Position numbers and translations under genes: made by a program. This document shows, one piece after another, positions 38,328-47,787 of a stretch of 64,000 nt of DNA. The notes under the pieces are model-generated. The model saw only the letters and a list, made by a program, of their open reading frames with translations. It was not told where the DNA came from and searched no databases. Position 1 is the first letter of the stretch, and each line of letters starts with the position of its first letter. This DNA comes from an uncultured delta proteobacterium (GTDB lineage Bacteria > Desulfobacterota > Binatia > UBA9968). Where the stretch lies: assembly GCA_963727625.1 (NCBI GenBank), contig CAVSHR010000005.1, positions 1,051,951-1,115,950 on the forward strand, written 5' to 3'.

Positions 38328-38978
38328 TCACCGCTGCTTTTTTGCGGCTGGCCGTTTGACGGCGGTGAGCGTGGGCGCCTTGCCGGCGTCCGGGTGGCGG
38401 CTCATGCCCTCGTCATCCCAGCGTTGGAATAGATCCACGTCGATGTCGAATTGATCGAGAATCCGGGTCACGGTTTGGTTGATCACGTCATCCAAGGTTT
38501 TCGGCCGATGATAGAATGCCGGCACCGGCGGAAAAATGATCGCTCCCATGCGCGTCAGCGATGCCATAGCTTCCAAATGGCCGAGATGCAGCGGCGTCTC
38601 GCGGACCACCAAGACCAGCTTTTTGCGTTCCTTGAGAACCACATCGGCGGCGCGCACCAAAAGATCGGCGCCGAGCGAATGGGCGATGGCGCCCATCGAC
38701 TTCATCGAGCACGGCGCGATCACCATGCCTTCGGTGCGGAACGAGCCGCTCGAAACGCTGGCGCCGACGTTGTTGATATCGTGCACCACGTCGGCCAATG
38801 CTTCGACGTCCTTCACCGCATAAGGCGTCTCCACTTGGATCGTCATGCGGCCGGCCTTGCTCATGACCAAATGGGTTTCTATTTCATCTATCTTGGCGAG
38901 AATTTCCAGCATGCGCACGCCGTAGATCGCCCCGGTGGCGCCGGAGATGCCGATGATCAGTCGTTTCTTCTTGTTCAA
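38328..38978 (-). CDS. ubiX: Flavin prenyltransferase UbiX
   Basis: GISGATG, SSGSF, APCSMKS, RAADVVLKERKKLVLVVRETP and PAFYHRP. Probable TTG start overlapping the upstream stop. Confidence 0.95.
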   Translation of the reverse strand: MNKKKRLIIGISGATGAIYGVRMLEILAKIDEIETHLVMSKAGRMTIQVETPYAVKDVEALADVVHDINNVGASVSSGSFRTEGMVIAPCSMKSMGAIAHSLGADLLVRAADVVLKERKKLVLVVRETPLHLGHLEAMASLTRMGAIIFPPVPAFYHRPKTLDDVINQTVTRILDQFDIDVDLFQRWDDEGMSRHPDAGKAPTLTAVKRPAAKKQR

Positions 38979-39388
38979 TTGACGAACTCCCAAGTCAGCG
39001 AATCGCCGTCGCGCACGCCCAGATGATCTTTCAAGCGCACCGGCGCGACGATCTCGATTTTGTCGCTCGGATAATCTTTCACTTCCGGCAGCAGAATGGC
39101 CGCCTCGATTGTGTCAGCGGCGGAACCTGCGCCGCTCAAGACTTGGATCCGATAGAGCCGCGCGCTGCAGAAACCGCCTTCTGCCGGCGCCAGTGGCACC
39201 CCGGATGATTCCGTCTGCACGCGCCGCCAAATTTCTTCATCGGCTGCAGCGCGGGGGTGAACGTTGAGCGTCCCCGGAAACGGACTAAAGCCGAGGTTCC
39301 GCTGCAAGCTCTGCCGCACCCAATCCAACCTCATAAACGAGCAGGCCAATCCAAGATCGGAATAAATAACTCCGGTCATCCGCCCCAT
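38975..39388 (-). CDS. CTP-dependent (archaeal-type, DUF120) riboflavin kinase
   Basis: GVIYSDLGLA, LGFSPFPGTLN and IEIVAPVRLKDHLGVRDGD match archaeal RibK motifs. Confidence 0.82.
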   Translation of the reverse strand: MGRMTGVIYSDLGLACSFMRLDWVRQSLQRNLGFSPFPGTLNVHPRAAADEEIWRRVQTESSGVPLAPAEGGFCSARLYRIQVLSGAGSAADTIEAAILLPEVKDYPSDKIEIVAPVRLKDHLGVRDGDSLTWEFVN

Positions 39389-39399
39389 GATCCCGTGCC

Positions 39400-40173
39400 T
39401 CAATGGCCGGAGAGCGAAGCCGCTTTGCCGCCGCGCCGCACTTTGATGACTTCGCCGAGGATCGAAAGTGCGATCTCCGCCGGCGTTTCGGTGGCGATAT
39501 CAAGGCCGATGGGGGCATAGACCCGTTCGAGCAGCTCTTCGGCGATCTTGTCTTCGTCGCGAAATCTCTGGAAGCAAGCTTTGATTCGCCGCCGGCTGCC
39601 GATCATGCCAATATACTTGGCCTGACTGCCGACGATCACGCGCAAGCAAGGTTCGTCGTAAGCGTGCCCCCGAGTGATTAAAACGATGTAACAGGACGGC
39701 GTGATCGTCATTTCCTTGAGCGTCTGCGCCATGTCGCCGACCACGACTTCATCGGCATCCGGGAAACGTTCGCGGTTGGCATAGAGCAGACGGTCGTCAA
39801 TTACGGTGACATGAAAATCCAAGACCTTGGCGATCTTGGCCAGCGGCACGGCGATATGGCCGGCACCGACCACGATCAGCTTCGGCGGCGCCGGCATCAC
39901 CTCGAAAAAAATTTCCAATTTGCCGCCGGCTTGGGGAACGTCCAACGAAACGAGCTTGGATTTCTCTTCGCGCAGGCGATTGGCAGATTCCTGGACGATC
40001 GCGTGGACGACCCGCGCATCGCCGATGTTCTCGGCGCGCACCGCGCCGTCGCGCACCAGGCACTTCGCCCCCGGCTCGACATGAACTTCACCGGATATTT
40101 CGACGACCGTGGCGAGCACCGCCGCAGCGCCCAGCTCGCTAATTTGAACCAGTTCTTCCGAAAGCGAGCTCAT
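39400..40173 (-). CDS. XdhC/CoxF family molybdenum-cofactor chaperone (Rossmann C-domain)
   Basis: GAGHIA, DDR, TRGHAYD, YIGMIGSRRR and PIGLDIATETPAEIA. Confidence 0.9.
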   Translation of the reverse strand: MSSLSEELVQISELGAAAVLATVVEISGEVHVEPGAKCLVRDGAVRAENIGDARVVHAIVQESANRLREEKSKLVSLDVPQAGGKLEIFFEVMPAPPKLIVVGAGHIAVPLAKIAKVLDFHVTVIDDRLLYANRERFPDADEVVVGDMAQTLKEMTITPSCYIVLITRGHAYDEPCLRVIVGSQAKYIGMIGSRRRIKACFQRFRDEDKIAEELLERVYAPIGLDIATETPAEIALSILGEVIKVRRGGKAASLSGH

Positions 40174-40565
40174 TTGCCGGTGGACACCTCTTGATCCCGC
40201 TCTTTCCACCAGGGATCGATGAAGACGTTCATGATGCCGCCGCACACCGCCGGGCTATCCGAGGAAATATCGTCCAGCAGATCCACGCGCACAGTCCGCG
40301 GCTTGCGCGTGCGGATGACTTCGATGGCCTCTCGCTTGACGTCGGCCTCGCCGCAACCACCGCCGATGGTGCCGAGAATTTCGCCCCAAGCCGTCACCAC
40401 CATCTTGGCGCCGACTTCGCGCGGCGTCGAACCTTTGGTCGACACGATCGTCGCCACCGCCAAGGTCTCTCCCTTATCAATAAACTCCTTCACTTGGTGA
40501 TAAACGGAGTCTTTCTTTTTAGCTTCTAGATCCGCATCGCTATAACATGCACCCGGTCCAGCCAT
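40170..40565 (-). CDS. XdhC/CoxI N-terminal domain protein
   Basis: GSTPREVGAKM, GTIGGGCGE and CGG. Confidence 0.9.
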   Translation of the reverse strand: MAGPGACYSDADLEAKKKDSVYHQVKEFIDKGETLAVATIVSTKGSTPREVGAKMVVTAWGEILGTIGGGCGEADVKREAIEVIRTRKPRTVRVDLLDDISSDSPAVCGGIMNVFIDPWWKERDQEVSTGK

Positions 40566-40605
40566 GATTTTACCTCCCTGCTTTCAACTCGATGGCACCG
40601 ATCAT

Positions 40606-41820
40606 TCAAGCCACCATCTTTTGCAACGTACGTCCGAGGGCCACCAAACTATTAACGTTGTGCACCGACAGAAACAAGTCCAAATAAGGCAGCGCCGCCT
40701 GCATGCCCTTGCACAGCGGTTCGTAGTTTTCGCTCGCCAGCAGCGGGTTTAGCCAAATAATTTTCTTGCAGCGCCGCTTGAGATCCCGCATTTCCTGTTC
40801 GAGCAGGCTCACATCGCCGCGATCCCAGCCGTCGCTGATGATCACGACGACAGTTCGATGCGTGACCATGCTCGGCGCAAAATTGCGATTAAAAGTGTGC
40901 AGCGAGCGGCCGATGTTGGTGCCGCCGGACCAGCCGAGAATGCTGCCGGAAATCTTGTCCAGGGCGTTGACGATGTCCTTGGTGCGAATCAGGTGAGTGA
41001 TCCGGCTGAGCGAAGTGCTGAAAACAAAAGTTTCCACGCCCCACAGCTCGTTTTGCAAACCGTACATGAATTGAATCAAAAAGCGGCTGTAACAATCCAT
41101 CGAGCCGCTCACGTCGCAGAGCAGCACGACTTTGGTTTTTTTGATGCGTTTCTTGCGCAGGACCAGATCTATGACCTCGCCGCCGTACTTCATGCTGCGG
41201 CGCATGGTCCAGCGCGGATCGACGGTGTTTCCCCTTCGGCCGATTTTTTTGCGACGGCTGATCTGCGTGGCGATCTTGGTGGCGATCAGCATGATCGCGC
41301 GCGCAATGGCGCGGCTTTCCTCCACGCCCATCTCGCTGAAGTCTTTGCGATTCATCAGCTCCTGCGGGCTGTAAGTGGGCACCGTGAACTCGTCGAGATT
41401 ATCGAGCTCCAAATTCTCGTTCGCCACGCTCTCCGCGGCCGCTTCTTCCAGGCCGCCCTCTTCGTCACCACCCTCCGGCGCATCCGACTCGGTCGGCGTG
41501 CCTTGAATCTCCATGGTCTCCATCGGCACGCGCTCGTAACTCTGCTCGCGCCAGAAACAATCGAAGACCATGTCAAACACAGGAAAGTCTTCTTTCTGAG
41601 AAATTAGATTAGCGCGCAGCAAGGCGCGGAAGTCCGCCTTTTCGCCGATATCGACGAGATCCACCGAGCGCGAAGCGTCGAGCACCTGGCTCAAGCTCAC
41701 CTTGACGCCCAGTTCTTTCAAGGCGCGCGCAAATGCCATCACATTGGGCAAGGTGCCCTTGCCGCGCGCCGAAGCGACCTGGCTCACTGCTGCGGCAACG
41801 TTTTCGGGGGTGACATCCAT
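40606..41820 (-). CDS. coxE: CoxE-like VWA domain protein
   Basis: MIDAS motif DVSGSM, WSGGTNIG, ISDGWD and WLNPL. Confidence 0.88.
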   Translation of the reverse strand: MDVTPENVAAAVSQVASARGKGTLPNVMAFARALKELGVKVSLSQVLDASRSVDLVDIGEKADFRALLRANLISQKEDFPVFDMVFDCFWREQSYERVPMETMEIQGTPTESDAPEGGDEEGGLEEAAAESVANENLELDNLDEFTVPTYSPQELMNRKDFSEMGVEESRAIARAIMLIATKIATQISRRKKIGRRGNTVDPRWTMRRSMKYGGEVIDLVLRKKRIKKTKVVLLCDVSGSMDCYSRFLIQFMYGLQNELWGVETFVFSTSLSRITHLIRTKDIVNALDKISGSILGWSGGTNIGRSLHTFNRNFAPSMVTHRTVVVIISDGWDRGDVSLLEQEMRDLKRRCKKIIWLNPLLASENYEPLCKGMQAALPYLDLFLSVHNVNSLVALGRTLQKMVA

Positions 41821-41825
41821 GAATT

Positions 41826-42758
41826 CTAGCTCACCAACTCCGGCGACACGCGCAGCAAAGCGTCCAGATTCAACTGGCGGCTTTCGACCTGCTCGCGCAG
41901 GTGATGCAGATCCTCGCGATATTTGAAAACACAGCCCATGGTTTCGATGACGCTCTTGTCGTCGAGATTTTTCCGGTTGAGCGCGATCAAGGCCGACGCC
42001 CAGTCCAAAGTCTCGGCAACTCCCGGCCGCTTATAGAAATTCATTTCGCGGACCTTTTGCATGAATGCGCAAATCTGCTGCGCCATGCGATCTTCCACTT
42101 CGGGATACTTGGTGGTGATGATTTCGTATTCCTTCTCGAAGCTCGGGTATTCGATCCAGTGGTACAGGCAGCGCCGCTTGAGCGCATCGTGAATCTCCCG
42201 GGTGCGATTCGAAGTGAGAAATACGTAAGGCCGGTGCTTCGCCGCCACCGTGCCGAGCTCGGGAATGGTGATTTGGAAATCCGATAGGACTTCCAACAAG
42301 AACGCCTCGAATTCCATGTCGGCGCGGTCGATCTCGTCGATCAAAAGCACCGGTGGGTTGGCGTCGTGGGTTTGGATCGCTTCGAGCAGCGGCCGCTTGA
42401 TCAAATACTCCTCGCTGAATATTTCCGTTTCGACCTTGGCCTTGTCGCCGTGTTCGACTTCTTCGAGCTTGATGCGCAGCATCTGCTTCGGATAGTTCCA
42501 CTCGTACAGAGCCGTGTTGGCATCGAGACCCTCGTAGCATTGGAGCCGGATGAGCTTGGCATCGAGCACCTTGGAGAGCACCTTGGCGATCTCGGTTTTG
42601 CCGACCCCCGCCTCGCCCTCTAGAAGCAGCGGCTTGCCCATGATCAACGAAAGGTAGACCACCGTGGCCAAAGCGCGATCGCAGACATACTTTTCCTTGA
42701 GAAGAATCTCCTGGACTTTTTCAATCGAAAGTTGATTTGGATTCACGCTCTCCCTCAC
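41826..42758 (-). CDS. coxD: CoxD-like MoxR AAA+ ATPase
   Basis: EGEAGVGKT, RLQCYEG, LIDEIDR and HDALKRRC. Confidence 0.88.
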   Translation of the reverse strand: MRESVNPNQLSIEKVQEILLKEKYVCDRALATVVYLSLIMGKPLLLEGEAGVGKTEIAKVLSKVLDAKLIRLQCYEGLDANTALYEWNYPKQMLRIKLEEVEHGDKAKVETEIFSEEYLIKRPLLEAIQTHDANPPVLLIDEIDRADMEFEAFLLEVLSDFQITIPELGTVAAKHRPYVFLTSNRTREIHDALKRRCLYHWIEYPSFEKEYEIITTKYPEVEDRMAQQICAFMQKVREMNFYKRPGVAETLDWASALIALNRKNLDDKSVIETMGCVFKYREDLHHLREQVESRQLNLDALLRVSPELVS

Positions 42759-43218
42759 CGTAAGAAATTTATCTGCCGCCCGAGCAGCTGACTGGTTAAA
42801 TTTCTCTCCCCACCTCCATCAATCGCCACCGCCAGCCACTCTTAAATCAAGTAACCATACCCTCTTAGCCGATTTGGATCAACGTGACAAACCCGAACTA
42901 CGCCTGTCGACTGCGGGAGACTACCAGGTATGCCAACGGTCGAGCGGGCAAGAAGCGCTGCGACCGAAGAACCGAACAGGTAAAGCGCCAAGTAAGTAAC
43001 GGCCCGCTCTACGCGCCCTGAAATCGCGAGATTTTAAGGCTACGATCTAATTATAACAAATCGCTATGAAATACGAAATTCCAGGAGGGTAAGGATAAAT
43101 CGGCCAAACCCCGTGACCGCTACGAATGCCTATCGTCCAAGCGATCTCATGCGTACAACCGACCTCGATCCCGCATTTTCGTTTTCTTAGCTTGCCTTAG
43201 GCTGGGGATGAGAGCCAT

Positions 43219-46209
43219 CTAATACGCAATAACGAAAGCCTGCTTGAATGAAGCTTGATCAGCCAACGATTGTCTGAGCCGGTTTGCAGCGTTCAGCTCC
43301 GACAGCTGTCCTACCCTAACGCGGTGCCAAGTTTTGCTCTCGGTTTCAACGGTCACAATGTAGGCATCGTAACCGCTTGACCGCAATTGGTTGACCATTG
43401 TCTCCGCGTCCTGCTTATATTCCAACGCCGCCACCTGGACGGTCCACTGCCGAACCGGCTTAGGTTCCTTTTGCCGCTCTGGCTTATTCTCCGGGGAAGT
43501 CGGCGCTGTCGTACCATCACGCGGGAGCGAGAGCATGTATGCGGGTTGATTCTGCACTGGCTTTATCGAAGTGGGTTCCACAGCTTGGTCTGGGTTTGGT
43601 GTATTATTGGGCAAATCGTCGACCTGATTCATTGGCCTCGACTCGCCCACAGCCGGTAGAGAGCCGGGAGTGTCGTGAGGCGGTGCTACAGTGGAAATCT
43701 CGGTGACAACAGCAGAACTTGGCGCTAAAAGCGCGTCGGTTCGAGGCACTGGGCCTCGACTATCGGACGCCGGCTTTTCGCCGCCATTCGGTGTCGGCTC
43801 CACCGCAGGCGGCGTGTTCACTGCGGGCGGTTTGGCCTGAAGTTTTGCGCGATCGCGATTCATCCGTTCGAGCTCGTTTTTCAGGGTCGATAACTTATTT
43901 TTAAAATCTTGTGAAACGGTCTGGGATTCGTCGCGGTTACGAATGACGTGAGGCGTAATGAGCATGATCAGTTCAGTGCGCTCGGAATCATCTCTGGTCG
44001 TCTCAAACAATCGTCCGATAACCGGTATATCCATCAGATAGGGAATTCCGCTCCTCGTGCGATTCTTATTATCGGTGATAATCCCGCCGATCACTAAACT
44101 GTCGCCATCCTGGACGACCGCCGTTGTTTCCGCTTGCCGCGTATCGAAAGCAGGGAAGGTATCGGCCCCCACCGACACATTCTTGTCGCGCTTCTGGCTT
44201 ACCTCGGCAAGTATTTGCAAGTTGACCAAGCCTTGCGAGTTGACTTGCGGGATGATGGTCACGATTCGACCCGTGTTGCGGTATTGGATGGAAGTGCTCG
44301 ATGCCGGGGTGCCGACTTGCGTCGTCGTGGTTCCGGTCGCTACCGGCTCCTCGGTGCCGACCTGGATTCGCGCGGGCCGATTATCGGTGGCAAGTATCGA
44401 CGGCGATGAAAGAACTTTAAAGCGTGAATCCGACTGCAAAGCGTTAATGAAAGCTTTTATATCCTTGCCGCCGAAAACTCCGCTGACGCCGCCACCAAAT
44501 GCATTGTTCGTCGGGAACAGCTCGCCAAGAGTTTTAATTGCTCCAGCCGAGCCAAATTTTTGGCCGAATATCGTGCCTGGATTCCGCCTAAGAATTTCAT
44601 AATCAACGCCAAGCGACTGGTTATCGGTAAGCGTTACCTCGGCGACGAGTACATCCAGAAGCACTTGGCGTGGAATTGCGTCCAGATCTTTTAGGATCAT
44701 TTTGATGTTCTGAAACTCTTGCACGGTGCCGTAGATGATCAGCGAGTTGGTCGACGGATCGGCAACGATTCGAAGTTGTTCTTGCTGTTGCTGAACTTGG
44801 GATGGCGGCCGCGCTGCGCCGGGAGGCTGGGTCGGCGCCGGCGGCGGCGCTACCGCGGTAGGCGGAACGACCCGCCCCGGTGCTGGAACCGCAGCGTAGG
44901 CTCCGAGCGGCCGGCTTTGCTGGCCGATTGAACTGGACGAGCCAAACGTGGAACCCGTAGAGCTTTGTCCTGTCGACGATGCCGTTCCCCCCGGGGTCGA
45001 TCTGTGTAAATCCTCAAGCGTTCGAGCCTTTTCCCTGCTACCAGTCGAGGGTTGGCCCAACGCCTGGCTCAGAACGTCGGCGAGTTCCGTCGCCTTGCCA
45101 TTTTCCACCGGATAAATAAATATGCGCCGGCCCGGCCCCTCGGCGACGATGTCGATGCGATCCAGCCAGCGCTTGGCGTAGGTCCAGGCCGCATCGCTGT
45201 GGCTTATGATTAAAAGTTGGTTAATCCTCGGCAGTGCTATGAATTGCGCGGCAAAATTCTCGGCCTGCGGCGCCGACGAGGCAAAGGACTGCATGACTTT
45301 GGTCATTTCTTGGGCCAGTTCTTCGGCGCTCGCCACCTTAGGCTGGTAGATCTCCATGCGCGTTCCGGCGAAGACTTGCACGTCGATCAGGCCTGCGATC
45401 TCCATCAGGCGTTGGATATTGGACGGCAGGTCCATGACAATGAGAAAGTTGCCGCGCGGATTCTCGATGATTTCGCCCCCTGGCTGGAGAAACGGCGTCA
45501 ACAACCGTTTCATTTCTGCTACCGCGAAAAATCGCACTGGAATCACTTGCAGCGCGAAGCTATCTTCTTTGCTCTGACCCACCGGCCGCGCCAAACCTTT
45601 GCCATCCTTGATGGGCATGATGTGGTACAGGTTCCCGGTCCGAATCGCCACCGCACCGTTCATGCGCAGCACTTGGTGAAAAATCGGCAGCAGATCTTCT
45701 GCCCGCAGGGGCTCGGCGCTATTGATCGTCACGGTGCCTTTGACTTCGGGATCGATCGTATAGTTTAGGCGAAGCTGTTGGGCAATGATGTGAATAATTT
45801 CCACCAGGTCGGCGCGATTAAAATTTAAAGAAACCATACCACCGGCCGCAGGTGATGACGCGCCCACGCCTCTGCCCTGCAGCCCCTGTGGCGAGGTTTG
45901 AGGTTCTGGCGTCTCCTGCGCTTGAGGTCCGAGTTGTGGATTGGCTCGCGGCGCGATTTGAGCCGGAGTCGGAACCGGAATTGGCGACCGGCGCGGGATG
46001 ATCGGTGGACTCGAAGTCGGCGGCGTTCTCGTTTCTGTCGGCGTTGTGGGTTGAGCAGCCCCGGGAGATCTTTGGCTGGGGTTGGGGCTTGGTTGAGCCG
46101 GTGCTTGCTGCGCCGCCAGGGGAATGGCAATTCCGAGCATTGAAGCCCACGCCACAAAAGTTGCCCAGCGCAATTCTGCCATCGAAATTCCCCTTCCGAA
46201 AATCATCAA
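43219..46209 (-). CDS. gspD: Type II secretion secretin GspD with C-terminal SPOR domain
   Basis: N0/N3 domains, secretin motifs (RQVLLDVLVAEV, VLSSPSI, GIPYLMDIPVIGRLF, RTELIMLITPHVI), a Pro-rich linker, then WTVQVAAL...WHRVRVG. Confidence 0.92.
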   Translation of the reverse strand: MMIFGRGISMAELRWATFVAWASMLGIAIPLAAQQAPAQPSPNPSQRSPGAAQPTTPTETRTPPTSSPPIIPRRSPIPVPTPAQIAPRANPQLGPQAQETPEPQTSPQGLQGRGVGASSPAAGGMVSLNFNRADLVEIIHIIAQQLRLNYTIDPEVKGTVTINSAEPLRAEDLLPIFHQVLRMNGAVAIRTGNLYHIMPIKDGKGLARPVGQSKEDSFALQVIPVRFFAVAEMKRLLTPFLQPGGEIIENPRGNFLIVMDLPSNIQRLMEIAGLIDVQVFAGTRMEIYQPKVASAEELAQEMTKVMQSFASSAPQAENFAAQFIALPRINQLLIISHSDAAWTYAKRWLDRIDIVAEGPGRRIFIYPVENGKATELADVLSQALGQPSTGSREKARTLEDLHRSTPGGTASSTGQSSTGSTFGSSSSIGQQSRPLGAYAAVPAPGRVVPPTAVAPPPAPTQPPGAARPPSQVQQQQEQLRIVADPSTNSLIIYGTVQEFQNIKMILKDLDAIPRQVLLDVLVAEVTLTDNQSLGVDYEILRRNPGTIFGQKFGSAGAIKTLGELFPTNNAFGGGVSGVFGGKDIKAFINALQSDSRFKVLSSPSILATDNRPARIQVGTEEPVATGTTTTQVGTPASSTSIQYRNTGRIVTIIPQVNSQGLVNLQILAEVSQKRDKNVSVGADTFPAFDTRQAETTAVVQDGDSLVIGGIITDNKNRTRSGIPYLMDIPVIGRLFETTRDDSERTELIMLITPHVIRNRDESQTVSQDFKNKLSTLKNELERMNRDRAKLQAKPPAVNTPPAVEPTPNGGEKPASDSRGPVPRTDALLAPSSAVVTEISTVAPPHDTPGSLPAVGESRPMNQVDDLPNNTPNPDQAVEPTSIKPVQNQPAYMLSLPRDGTTAPTSPENKPERQKEPKPVRQWTVQVAALEYKQDAETMVNQLRSSGYDAYIVTVETESKTWHRVRVGQLSELNAANRLRQSLADQASFKQAFVIAY

Positions 46210-46823
46210 TTGGGAGTTACATTTCCCGGAGCCGGAATTCGCCCGCGTCTCGGCAAATTTGGGATAACCCGTGGGCGCGGGGCGACAATACCCGGCGGAA
46301 CGACCCGGCCAGGAGGCGTTGGCCTTGGCTGCCGGACTTCGACTTTACGAAAATAATCCAGTACTAATTCGACCCGTGCAGCACCTTTCGTAAAGACGAC
46401 TCGTTTATCGGCAATTTCAGACAACCTGTAGCCTTCCACGTTGTCGCCGACCGTCAGCCGCAAAGGGACCGCCGATGGTGGGGCCTGTCCCGCCGGCCCT
46501 ACGCTCGGTTCCGCGCCTTCTTGGAGTATCGCCGTCCGATTGGTGCCAATGATGACCGTGCCGACCAGGATCATATTACGAATACGTTGAGACGCCCGGG
46601 AGCCTTCTTCCGCTTCGCGACTCGCACCCGCGCCTCTTTCCGGGTCAAAAAGGTTTCTGCTAATGATCACGTCCGTGTTTGTTGCTACTCTGGGAGCTGC
46701 TGCAACTACTTTCTCGGCTACGGGAGCTGGCGAGTCGGTCTTGGTCGGAACCGGCAATTGCCAAGGTTCATCTTTCCAAGATTGATAAATGCCCCAACCG
46801 ACGAACCCGACAGCCGCGGTCAA
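46206..46823 (-). CDS. GspC-like T2SS protein (start uncertain)
   Basis: N-terminal TM, NLFDPER, LVGTVI and VGDNVEGYRLSEI; directly upstream of gspD. Confidence 0.7.
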   Translation of the reverse strand: MTAAVGFVGWGIYQSWKDEPWQLPVPTKTDSPAPVAEKVVAAAPRVATNTDVIISRNLFDPERGAGASREAEEGSRASQRIRNMILVGTVIIGTNRTAILQEGAEPSVGPAGQAPPSAVPLRLTVGDNVEGYRLSEIADKRVVFTKGAARVELVLDYFRKVEVRQPRPTPPGRVVPPGIVAPRPRVIPNLPRRGRIPAPGNVTPN

Positions 46824-47142
46824 GATAATACTCAGTAGAGAAGTTCGTGTAAGAATCGCGTTTATCCCTTGATGACCCTGCTTGCCCCGAAGGCGTTTAA
46901 TTTACGCTGGCGAAATTCCAGGGTCAAACTGATCACGAAATTATAGCGTTGCCGACGAGAATATAAAATCCGTTTTTCACAGCCTTTGGAGTCTTCGAAG
47001 CCTGCAAATCCCTTGATTACATTATTACTTTACGCCCCGGTTGCCTTGATCACCCGCGAAATAGGAAATCCCCAATTCAACACATCAAAATCCGGCGCGG
47101 CGCCTTTGACGAATCAAGCCCAAATTGTTTTTGAGAAACCGC

Positions 47143-47787
47143 TCAGGACGAACCGGCCGACGCTTCGGTTTTTTGGGGTTCTGCTGCCTGGGCTCGCGCA
47201 TAACCCGAAATCATCAGGCTGATGCGCAGGTTTTGCGCCGGAACTTGGGACACGCCTCGGCGCTGGGGAAAACCGATAGGACGAAAAAGCGACCGAATAT
47301 TGATTTCATCGACCACAAGCAATTTCGGTGAATTTTCGATGGCTCGGATCAGGTTGGCAAGCTGCTGAATCTGTCCGCCAATCTCAAGTTGAATGCCAAT
47401 CTTTGAAAATGACCCGGCCAGTTCGGGATTGAGCACCCGAGTAGTAATAACTTGAGTACCTTCCCTGGCAGCCATGGCTTGCACGGTCGCTTGAAGATCG
47501 GAAGCGCTAACCGACGGCGTGTCCCCGGTGAGTAATTTAGGATCTTGCAACCGAATCTGCGCACGGGCGGCTTCCAGCCCCGCCAAAAATGCGTCCTTTT
47601 TAGCAAGATAGCCGAGATTTCTAGCGAGCAGTCGCGGCTGGTTTTCGAGCTCACTCTTCACCCGCGCGCGGCGGTCCAAAAACGGCGCCAAAACCGCGTA
47701 TTTGGCGACAAACAATAGCAGAATCAACGCCGTTAGTATCACCAAAGCTCGCTCACGCCGGGATAGCCTCTGCCAAAATGTGCTCAC
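47143..47787 (-). CDS. gspM: GspM/PilO-like T2SS protein
   Basis: WQRLSRRER followed by a TM helix; position in the cluster. Confidence 0.75.
   Translation of the reverse strand: MSTFWQRLSRRERALVILTALILLLFVAKYAVLAPFLDRRARVKSELENQPRLLARNLGYLAKKDAFLAGLEAARAQIRLQDPKLLTGDTPSVSASDLQATVQAMAAREGTQVITTRVLNPELAGSFSKIGIQLEIGGQIQQLANLIRAIENSPKLLVVDEINIRSLFRPIGFPQRRGVSQVPAQNLRISLMISGYARAQAAEPQKTEASAGSS

Noticed and set aside
42760-43218. ~460-bp intergenic region as a riboswitch (Moco/FMN) or ncRNA upstream of coxD
   Set aside because: No consensus motif recognised by eye; an Infernal/Rfam scan would be needed.
46824-46870. Non-canonical ATA/ATT start extending gspC
   Set aside because: The frame is open upstream and would complete the TM helix, but no start can be supported without ribosome profiling or orthologs.
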